The notes under the pieces are model-generated. The model did not search any database and was not told where the DNA came from. It was given only the letters and a program-made list of their open reading frames with translations. From the NCBI GenBank assembly GCA_002633005.1, contig NMRA01000034.1, positions 1,301,540 through 1,365,539 of the forward strand: a stretch of DNA of 64,000 bases, written 5' to 3'. Source of the DNA: Phoronis australis (Eukaryota > Animalia > Phoronida). Positions 52,941-64,000 of the stretch are shown here, piece by piece; the stretch's first letter is position 1; each line of letters opens with the position of its first letter. Both the position numbers and the translations under genes were made by a program.

Positions 52941-55900
52941 CTCGTCATCAAGAGCAAAGCCTAATGATCATACGCGTGATTGAACCTGTCGACAAAACAG
53001 ATCTTAATTTGCAAGCATATACGATTTTACTTTGGGCATTATTTTCAACCTCAGACTCATTTCAATAACATTTATGGGACACGTTTTTATTTTAAGGTAA
53101 CGGTCGTTATCATATTCGTTGAGGAAACGGAGGGATTACAACATTACAATGGATTAATTCAAATTAAGCACTTGAAATTTCTGTCGAATGTGATTTATTC
53201 CACCTCGTAATGAGCATACTATTGTAGACTCCGAATGTGCTAGACTATGCTCGTTTTTGTGAGTAGATCGTTAACAAAGGGTAGTGTAATCGTACAATTT
53301 TATTTCCCATGTTGTCTTAATGCTAATACAGCTTGTCTAGTGAGGATTAATAATGGAAATTCAAACAAAACATGTCAATAAAAGAAATTGAGGAGGTTTT
53401 TGATTAATTTTGCTGACATGTCGGAAGTATAACATGGGTTTCAACAATTTTTTAAAATTTATTTTCAATATTAGAAAAGTTGTCTTACGTTTGAAACTTC
53501 AACTTTCGTATCAGCAGACCCTTCAATGAAGTTGAACTGTCCCGACGTATCGCTGTCGAGAACCGTGCGCCCAATTAAGCGGTATGATTTCTTATCGTTT
53601 ACTTTATAATTTACTGCGTTGCGTACATCTCATATTCACTTGAAACGATCAAATCATTCGACCATTCCTAACAGAACAAGACTTGTGGCCCTGCTCAACG
53701 GAGCGGAACTGAGTAGCACGCGGAGATGTCTTTCAATGGCTTGACACGATTTGTTATTCTGCGAGTCGATTGCCCGAAATAATTGCCGAATGCGGGAACA
53801 AAAAAGGTATTAGCGAATCCTCATATCAGATACCTTGTCCAAGTGGAGTGCAGAATAAAGAGGGATAGCTGGAGAGATGATCACGTAGTTAATATTACAG
53901 GTGTTCATAGTGTTGTGCGCAGTGACTTGTGCTGATAGTTGATAACACGAGGAGCCGGGAAGAAACGATCACGAGGGGACGGAAATATCGTTCACATAAA
54001 AGATATTTGTCGACAATCTGTGAAATTCGTGGTTCCGCAACAGAAAGAGAAATTATGTGTAGGTAACCAAAGGAAAATAAATATAAATATTAACGTTAAC
54101 CTAAATATAGGCTAGTCGCATAGCACGTGGAAACATGAACAAGTTTGAGTGAACGAGTAGAAATTCTAATTCTGCCTGGCCTACGACCAGAATCGGACAG
54201 CCAGTTTTAAACATGAGCTTCGGTTATTTGAAAACGTGGATATGCCGGTAAACTCACACATAGTAGCCTAACGCCGCGACGATACAAAATGATCTGAGAA
54301 AATGACCATACTTTCCTAGAAAGGTACCTTTCGTACGAAAGATTTACTTTTGAAAGCAAAAATACATGACGTTGTTGTGGCAAGCACAAGAGACGATGAC
54401 ATGTCTCTTACTTTTATCGTCTACACAATTGACGGATATGTATTTGAAAGCAAAAGTGTCCCACAACAAATTCCTGTTACACATGGAATTATTGCAGAGA
54501 AACTGCAGTGAAACAGCAGTAGATTTAGCAACTCATATACAAAACAAAACAGGCACCAACAAAACTTACGTAAGAAGATCTTCCTAAGAGTGGATATTCT
54601 TCCGCAATACAAATTATTCGAACGTCAAAATATATTAATCAGATTTTAATTAAAATTAATTAGCGCAGTTACGCTTTTGAAAAGTTCGGCGTCGTGTCGC
54701 ACGTAAAATTGCTTCTTCGCTAATTAGTTCAATATAAAAATAGCCAAGTTTGTGAGCTGATGATTAAGACGGTAAAACAGGTATTGAACTACCCACCCAT
54801 GGTCTCAGATTGTAAACTGATTTAACAACCCACTAATTGGGCGTTTGAACTCATTCGATCAGTTACTTTACAGCAGTTATCTGCGCACACTTAGCGAAAA
54901 TTGTCTTTCGAAATTTGTAAAGAAAGCAAATCAAAACTGTTTAGCGCGTCTATTAACATTCTCGATTGTATGAATAGTGCTACGTTTCCCGCAGCTTGTA
55001 GGAAATAGCACAATCGCCCTTCGTTTGATATTTTTGATTAAATCTCTCCAATAGCCAAAACACGTTAACTGTCTCTAATTGGTGCAACCATCTGCGGCAA
55101 TTGCACGTAAATGGTGCACTAGTGTCATAATTACCTGAATACAGTAATATAACACTTACAAGCGCATCCTGCTATTCAGAAAAGGTGAGAAAATTTGGCA
55201 AACTGGACAATTAGCTCAATTTTCCAGACATTTTTGCTTCCGAATCTGCTTATTGGCTGAACCATGAAACATGGAGCAAAGCGATGAATAGAATATAGGT
55301 AGAGACACCTGCAAGATGCGCGCGGCTACATTATACGTCAGAGGTTCATAAAAGAAAGAGTGGCACTAACAATAAAATGGCCATTGTGTCCAGAGCACCG
55401 CGATAATAGCTATTGAGCAGTTTGGTAACTTAAAGTGGAGAGTATTCGTTTAAATTTGACAAGTAACTGCATGTATTTTACGATGTACTATCTAAAGGTG
55501 ATTCATCATAGAATAAGATGTTTAAAACAGAAAGCAGTTACAGTAAGTCAGATCATGGCACCAGCAGTACCACGTGCGTACCGGGAACAGGGGCGTTAGC
55601 TCTGCTGCGGTGACAATGCGTGTCCATGTTACCAGAAGCACTGTATGCATCCTTGGGGTGGGAGAGTGCGGGGGGCAATCAGCTTTATCACTACAGGGAT
55701 ATCACTTAGCTCGAGGCCAAAAAAATATAAAACACATAGATTAGTAATGTGGTTGCCTTGACTGTTTGTGATGAATTAAGCCAGGGGTATTTGTTTCTAA
55801 TACTGTATTCCAACATACCAAAGTTTGAGATTAACAAATTTTGCTTTAAAGATGAATATTCATATGCAACACATGGTGTAGAAGTATTGAAATACATTTC

Positions 55901-57018
55901 ACTATTGACATGTCCTGTTACCACTGCATCACAAAATGGTTATAAAAAGGAAAAATATACGTGCTTACAAATATAGACATACAGGGAATTTTGTAGAACT
56001 TCGTGATCATTTGGTTACCTGACAAAATATCCGGTGACAAGCAAAATCCGCTTCAATAGAAAAGTGATGTAGAAAAGGTTGACATAACTATGTTACACAG
56101 CAAGAACAAGGTTGGACATGACATTTAGTTTCTCGTTGTATTCACACTGGTGCAGAGTATGAACGAAATATAAACCTGCGATCCATGTCGAGTAGGCTAA
56201 TCGCGTCGACAACAGTTTTTGAGCCAGAATTTAAGTTTTTGCTCCGAATATGGTGTCAACAATTGTGACTGGAATGTAAAGCCCAGGCTCCATACTCCAC
56301 TTTTCAGTATACGGCATAATGTTTCGATTAGTCTTATAGGATTTTGTCGCATATGTCTAATCGGAATACGCAGTCAAGTCCTTCGACTCGACTTTTCGAA
56401 TCAAAACTAAAGTCATATATGACTTGTCGATTGGAATAGAGCATGGCCCCCATGTACGACTTTTGGATCACTACTGCGAAGTCGATATAAAGCCAACAGC
56501 AGTCTTTGAGCATAGCAGTGTTTCCTGCCTTTTAACGATACAAAGCCACATACAACTAAGTATGCAGAGAAGTGTTCCAATTAGATTTCTCGAGCTACGT
56601 AGTCGTTTACGAAAACATTCACGGAAATCGGAAACGAATAACTGAATGTCCCATCTACACTTTGGTTTAAACTATGAAAAATTTCTAAAGTTCTCTATTT
56701 GAAATATTGCCCCACTGAACCCACTACATTTTACAAGTTGAAAACCTAATATCGCTTTGACTTCGTCTGGACATATCTAATCTGAACTTTGGTCCAGCAT
56801 GTAAACATAATTTGAGCATTGAGATTTCGTCCACCTTCCGTCACAACATCCACATATAACTGCGTAAGTTCGTACCACAGACACAGAATACATGTTTATG
56901 TTGCAGTCGTGAATGCTGTCCTTCACTTCAATTGTCCACCAATGAACTCGAAAGAGCACGTGCTCAGTAATGAGTACAACGAATTGAAAACTGATTGAGA
57001 CAAAAAATTCGTTGTAAG

Positions 57019-59368
57019 CAGTATTCAAACTCCAGCAAATAAATGTGCTCGCCCGCCGGGCCAGTTAGCCAGAAAATTAACTGGCCCGGCTGTCAAGTTG
57101 CTGGCCCTGCTTTAAGCATCATATCTACGTTTTGTCTATTTTTTCCTTAAAGTCCTTCTCTCACGCGTTGTTAACCCTTATTACATGGTTAGAAGATGTT
57201 ATAAGGATCCAAGAAGTACCTACCCCATAACTAATACACGATCCGTACTCGAAAACAGTTTAAAAGAACGCGCCACTCACGATTCGCACCCGAAAAAACA
57301 CCGCCATTTTGAACTTGCCGCGCACCCGGAAGTACAATTCATTCATGAACCCAGGCCGAGAAAACGCCGTCACTGCGACTTGAGCAGTGCCTGTACTGTT
57401 ACCAGCCAGCAAACGGGGATAAAAAAATCGACAGCGCGCCTTAATTTTGAAAAAATCAAACTACGGACAATTTTATGGAATTTGCTGAAGAAATGTGGCG
57501 AATAAATTTTGACAGAAATTATTTTGCCAGACTCGGGACCGCAGCCTATCGGACCCGGTGCGGATCGAGACCAAACACTGGCGAACGGTAAATGCATGCG
57601 GTTGCAAGCTGTTTTGTCGAAGTAAAATGGTCAAATGATAAATGCTGCATATATTCAAGGGTAGTTTCAGACACTTGCATGAAATTACGGGCTGGTTAGT
57701 CCTGTGTCACACTGCCGCGGCAGACCTTAGTTAGCCTCAGTCACCAGCTACCAGTGAAGACTATAGTCAAAATACAGCTTGTTAGTAGGCCTATACAGCC
57801 TCCCGTTCAGTAGCGCTAGGACCTCGCTAAGAAGCAAGACTTCGCGAGATTACGTGAGATATTGCCGTGTATTTTAAATGAGAACATGTGACTTTGACTA
57901 GGATTTTGCAAGGTCCTAGCGTAGGTCCTAGCGTCTACTGAACGCACGCCAGCTTTGCGCCAAGACTACCCTTAGGCCTAACTGGTCGCTGGCCACAAAC
58001 ACAAAAAACACGAAAATTGAACAAAGTTTCTTTTTTGTAGCAACGTTTGTCAAAATGTATCAACGTTAAATCTTCACAAATTACAAAGTAGCCGATTGAA
58101 CATGCCTTTCAGTTCAGCAAAAGTCGACATTGTAGGTGCCGCCAGAAATGAGACGAAGTCCAACGGGAATTGTGAGCACATTTATCTCTTAATGAGTAAC
58201 AACTGCGAGGCTGAAATTTGGTGAACACTGCTAAATCGTGCAGAATAGTAAGTAAAGATATGTCTAACTAAATTTCACCGTAATTTGTTGGCGAAAACAA
58301 TTTACACAAAGTTTTAAACTCGTAACTCATCCCGCTGTCCTCCAATATGGCCGACGCGATCCAAACAAAGTGACCCAAATTTCGCCACAAAACTTGCAAT
58401 AACTTTACAGTGCTTGCCCCGATTTTGATACTTTTTCGATTTTTACTGAGTAGAATGTACTACCTTTCCGATGATAGCAAAGTACTTTTTCAAAACGAGG
58501 AAAAAAATAAAACCGAAAAAAAATTGGTTCGACCCATATTGGTTCCTAGGTTCGACCGGCCTACGTAAGGAACTAAACACCAATGCTATTTTAACATACT
58601 AAGTACGCGTAACATTCCAAAAAAAATCAACGACCACTAACTACAAACTATAAATACACTACATATGCAAACGAATCACGATATATTACTAATAAAACAA
58701 AATAATGAAGACTTTTCGAGCAAGCCATAGCACATTCTGTTACAAGGAAAAAATGGCGGCGTTCAGGACAAGTTCCTGAACTGATGAGCCGGAAATGTGG
58801 GTACGGAAATAACCGACGACAACCGGTAATCATACGCTCAGAGAGAAGGGTCAAATACTGTTAAAAAATCGCTTTTGGCAAGAAAGGCGAAAATAATATA
58901 AAGAAAGAGTGTCGAAAATAAGAATTCATGTAGTAAGTATTTTCGGATACTGGAACCACATGGGCAGTTTGCAAGAAGGACTTTAACACTACATGCGCAT
59001 GTGCTTGCGAACCCTATGTGTTATGGAGTTGTTGGTCACTGAGATGTATACATAAACACCACTAAGCTGTGGTTATGAAATAAAAGCCCCGAATTGGATT
59101 CAACCAAAATATTTTTACATGTTCCAACAGTACACAGAACTCAAGGCTATAGTTCTATGAGTAAACAAAGTGAATGGTGCTTTCGAGGATTTATAACCCA
59201 CTAAGTTCAAACTCATTGACGTTCAAGAGGTGAGAGGCAAACATAATTAGTCAATAGACCCTTTTTTGAATTAATTGAAGTTTAGTGGCCCGGCGGGCCA
59301 GTAACTTAAAAATTATTGGCCCGGCCGCAAATCCACTGACCCCGGGCCATCGGGTATTTCGAACGCTG
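57019..59368. mobile_element. Non-autonomous hAT-like element with nested insertions
   Basis: TIR CAGTATTCAAA / TTCGAACGCTG; 8-bp TSD GTTGTAAG (57011-57018) vs GTTATAAG (59369-59376); subterminal GGCCCG / CGGGCC repeats at both ends. Confidence 0.75.
57804..57944. mobile_element. Small nested MITE
   Basis: CGTTCAGTAGCGCTAGGACCT / AGGTCCTAGCGTCTACTGAACG inverted repeats. Confidence 0.7.
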
Positions 59369-62300
59369 GTTATAAGTCTGATGTTTATTGACTATACTTA
59401 TTTCCGAGTTCTACTAAACAGTTCTAGACCTCATCAAGTTATTGCTTTGATGAAAGATCAAAGAACGGGTGCTACGATTTTGAAAGCGGCGGCTGTGAAG
59501 TGGTCGCCGATCAATAATAATTAATAGAGCCCCAAGTCGAGGAAAAAACGATCTTCTAAATTTAATTTTAAAGATACCAAAAAATTCGTTTATGAGTCGT
59601 CAAAATGTTACAATTTCGGTGAATTCTGTGCGATACCCGTAGATGTACGTTCGTTTTCCGTTATCGAAAATTGGTGACTAAGCTGCAAAGCAAGTGCGTA
59701 ACGTTGTCGCTCTGATTCGCTGTAATGTAGTCTCATTCATCAATGTCTTGGGACCATTATCGTCTTATTTAACTTTAATGGCAGCTCTTTATTTTTCAAC
59801 GCTTCTATTGCACAGCGAAAATGACTGCAATCAAACATAAGTGGTCGATTAGCAATACCCGGGTGTATACGTTTCCAGCGTTCAAATTTTGTGCTCCGTT
59901 GCTTGTGAAATTGAAATTGTGTTGTCAAAAGAGCAACTGCTGGGGAAAAGCTGTTCCCCTGGTGGTCTGCTCATATAAACATTAAGATGGTTCACGTATA
60001 TCGCTTTCAAAAGCGTTAAAAGATTCAGAAAAAATAGACAACAAAACTAAGACTACATCATTTGAATCATGATTTTAGAGTTGCAGTAACGTAATTCGAA
60101 AACCTTAGGCTTATGTATTTAAAATAATCCAATCAGTCTAATCGTCAGATCCGTCTCATCACTACGTCATAGTTGCTATAACAACGGATTGCCAACACCC
60201 AAACAATTTTACTTCATCCTAAATTTGTGTCTTCTTTTTCTGGACATTTTCTGGTGGTCTGTGCAACAGGCCTGGAAGATTCGTTCCAGAAATGAATATA
60301 GATCAAACTGGACACTGTTCTACATGAGCAGTTAACATCCATTGAGGTCTGCTTACTTTTCCACAAGACCCGTACTCGGACTCACGCCTGCGCGCGAGAT
60401 TCAGGGGCAGGGACACTGTACCTGAATAGATCTTTCGATGGCTAAATTTCAAGAGACGGAGGTAGATCAACCATTGGTCCAACAAAATTTAACCTTTCGT
60501 CTACATTGTCTTTGTGACACCGACCCTATTTTAATGTTGCAAGCACAAATTAAGGTGAACAATAAAATGAAACAAAAGAGGGCGCTTTGTGGACTACCTT
60601 GTTCTGGTCGCCTGAATAATAGACTTTCAAAATCTCTTTTGAGCCAGTTGGTAGTTTTACGTTGCGGTTAAATTCTCTAAAAACTGTTGTCAAACGAACA
60701 GTTTGATTTGTATCCACTAAAGTACACGCAATACCTAAAATTGGATGTTGATTTTGGAATAATATATACCTTAATGATATTTTTGGCAAATTCTATGTCA
60801 AAGCTGTTCTTCAGAGCACTGCCGGGTGCTATGATCACACGGCCGATACTTTTATGACATTGAAGTAGTAAACATATTCATCATTAAGATTAATATTTTT
60901 CATAACTGATACAGGAAAATGAAGATTGGAAGACATTCTATGAGACACAGCTCATATGAGGTGCTTTTGCAGAAACTGTATAATTTAAATGGCAGATAAG
61001 ATAGCTGATCGCCATGATCTATGATTAGACTCCAGGATAAAGACCGTTGTTAAACCCCTAATATACACTCGGAGTTGGTAGTTCCTACCTCATTACCGCC
61101 GTAAGTAGCATGTAAGTTATATATCTTTGACAATTAATAAATTGTCAAGGCGCTGCAGCATCTTTAATTGTCATAATTGTCAACCTAATTGACGTCATTA
61201 ACACGAAATGTCAAAAGCCTTGGTCTCAAGTGTAATATAACCTCGCATAGTAGTAGATGTATAAATGAACATCATTTTTATAATGATCTATTAGGTAAAT
61301 GCGACGACTGGATAATTTAGTATACAGTCGTTAGAGTATAGAGTTGTATACACAGAGCTGTCTATGAGTGAAGCGTGTAATTAGCGCCAGATGCCCATAT
61401 TGTGCTTGTTAGTGAAAGAAAATGAGCCCATGGTGGGACTGTGATTGGTCGCTTAGGGTCTAGTTTGTCTGATTTATTGCGTCAATATTTCGTCACTCCG
61501 CGATATTTATTGTGCTGCAGCATTAATTTTCGGAGACAAATTAATGTAATATACACGCTGAAAAGTTTGTGATTAAAAACAATTAATTATTGTATATCCC
61601 ACTCGTTTGTTTATAATCCTGAAGTGCGCTGTCGGATTACCAATAAATCCCCTCGGAGTACCATCTTTGAAAAAAAAACATTGTCTTGTAATGGAAGCCT
61701 TTTCTGTTTTTTGTTTTCGCAAAATATCCGATTTATTCCAGTATGAAGTATGCAACTTCGGCTTAATCTCGAAAGCGCTGCACGACATCACAAAATACTT
61801 GGAGCTTTACCCGAGTTTATAAAATGAGAAAATTAAAATTCATATACCGAATTGTTTGTATGCTATACATCGGAAGGAATCATGGCTTTTGGTCGGGTTA
61901 CAAAAAATATCCAAAGCCGCGTGTACATTTTCTTACAATAATCGCGAAAAGTTGAATCAGTTCCCCAAACAGTCTGAAACATTAATACTCAAAAGTCAGT
62001 GACCCCAACATGTTTGCGAAAAATTCAGAAGTTTCTTTCCAAAAAGCACAGGGCCCTCAATCCCTCGAATTTGGGGCCCAATATCGGCCTTATTCCCCTT
62101 CAAAAATATTGAAATATCACGCGAAATACCCTCCAAAGTACGAGGCATCAAAATTCCCCTAGTGAAAAATTCTCTCTGAGTTCACATCACATGTAACCAC
62201 ACAGGTGACAATTTTTAAGAGCACAAAAGGCTACTTTAAATTGAGACAGAGCCTATGAGAGCTTGCAACAGGGCGGGGGTGCTATTGACGTGATCGGGAG

Positions 62301-64000
62301 GTAGATTGTTCCCCTCACTCGGCGAAAAAATCGCCTCTCAGTAGGCACTGGCACCTTTCCCCTCGGATGAACGAGGCTCATGGAGAAACATGATAACTAT
62401 GATTGTTTTGTCCAGTTAACTGAAATTGAGTTCTAAAACGAGGTTATGGTTTGGACGAACGAATTGGGTGTTTTAATTTTAAAATTCAACTTGGTCCAGA
62501 TTGATATTTGAAACCCCTAACACATTAAATAGACGTAAGAATTATTACAACCAAGAAAGCAGAACTGATGGTCAAATAATTTTTATTTTCAATTACGAGC
62601 CTGGTTTTTTATTTTAATAAAAAATATATTTAATAACATCAATTATTCTTTCAGATCAACGACAAATCAACTGTTAGTCGCAGTGAGTGCTTAAGATCAG
62701 GCTATGCTTGATGTTAATATTCTCGATCAACAAATAAAACCAGATGTGACTAATTGCACGCGACAGCCACCACTGTCGAATGTGTCTACAACTTGTCAAC
62801 AATACGAGCAGATGACCTGGTTTGCGTAGAAAGTATTTTGATCAACAATTTACGAGAAAAAACGTAACCCTGCATTCAGCATAATACCTAATCGCCGCAA
62901 TTTGGTCATATTTACTTTTCATGTTTCGAACCTAGTTTTCCGAAAAAAATTAAACCCTTTCGTCAGACAACTCTTTGGTGCCTTAACTTGTTCTCTAATG
63001 TAATTTTCTACGTCTCTGTGGTTAATTTTTGACACATTATTAAAATTTAATATCCAGGTTGGACTCGAAAGACCGGCTATTTAACTCACGCAATGTCAAC
63101 TTCCGCTTTTTTATCGCAGTGAGCCTCGCTTTGGATTTTAATGTCCGCCGCGTGAATTGGGTCTATATCAATAATTTTAGAATAATACGACCATGAATTA
63201 GTTGACAGGTCGATTGTTTGTTATACTTTTACCGTTTTTCATGATTTCTGTGTTAGATTTAGCCTCACAAATATGATTAAATGCGTTTGATTTTTTAGTT
63301 GAAGTGTAGCCGCATGAGGAGTCCTTCAGAATGTTAACATACACGCCTTCAAAATAGAGTAGCACAACTGCTGCATGTGACAAAGGGCTGTGTATGCATA
63401 TATGTTGTGGAGCTTCGTTCAGGAAGAAACCTTTTTTGTATAACCACATGACAATAAAACAAAGTGTCACTCACTAGCTGCAAGCAAGATTTTTACCAGC
63501 CCCGTGTTGCATGGGGCAAGATTTTTTTACCGCATAAGAAAACACAGTATGAAGCATAGTGCTCAGGAACCAAGTTGATTAAGTGCCCTATCTGCGATCA
63601 ATGTTTCACAGAAAGAGTAAGCCTGAGGACACTCCTTGTTGTTGCGAATGTGTCAACGCAAAGAGTGTGCCTACTTATACAGGCATGAGAACCAGAATCG
63701 CCATGAATAAAATTATTCAGTCCAGTAGTGAAAGTTGTTAAGTCACGAAACTTTATTCAGATTTACAGAGTTTATGGTTGGTAGTTGTCTAATGTGATAG
63801 CATTTTTACGTTTTGTTTTAAACCTTTTTCCTATTTGTGTATTTCAGCAGCATCTTTAACAGAACCAGTGCATTTTTGTTGTGTTTGAGTACATTTAAAT
63901 GGCCACTCTATGTGTTATTGGGTGATTTTTACATACAATTATTATGATCAATTAGTATTTTAAAAGAAAACTATATGTCTGACATAATTGTAGAAATTGT

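Noticed and set aside
58775-58815. CTGATGAG...GAAA hammerhead-like
   Set aside because: No convincing stem II or stem I pairing.

Overview
Eukaryotic, repeat-rich genomic DNA from a bilaterian invertebrate (marine-invertebrate-like repeats; the species cannot be determined from sequence alone), from a draft assembly with N gaps. There are two supported genes in convergent orientation. (1) An 8-coding-exon MGAT2 (N-acetylglucosaminyltransferase II) on + at 3575-16416, 454 aa after manual splicing. (2) An Hmx/NK5 homeobox gene on - at 48092-52369, with 3 exons plus a candidate 54-nt in-frame microexon. The rest is intronic or intergenic: decayed LINEs (L2/CR1-like, L1/Tx1-like, RLE-type), MITEs and non-autonomous DNA transposons, minisatellites, and three duplications each joined by a single N that look like uncollapsed haplotypes. 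The most notable observations are: about 20 co-oriented CTCF-consensus motifs with roughly 130-160 bp periodicity, carried by a degenerate repeat in MGAT2 introns; a minimal hammerhead ribozyme behind a Penelope-like GIY-YIG fragment; the candidate Trp-motif microexon in Hmx; and TAAT/TGACA-rich candidate enhancers around Hmx. All calls were made by eye; no database searches were run.
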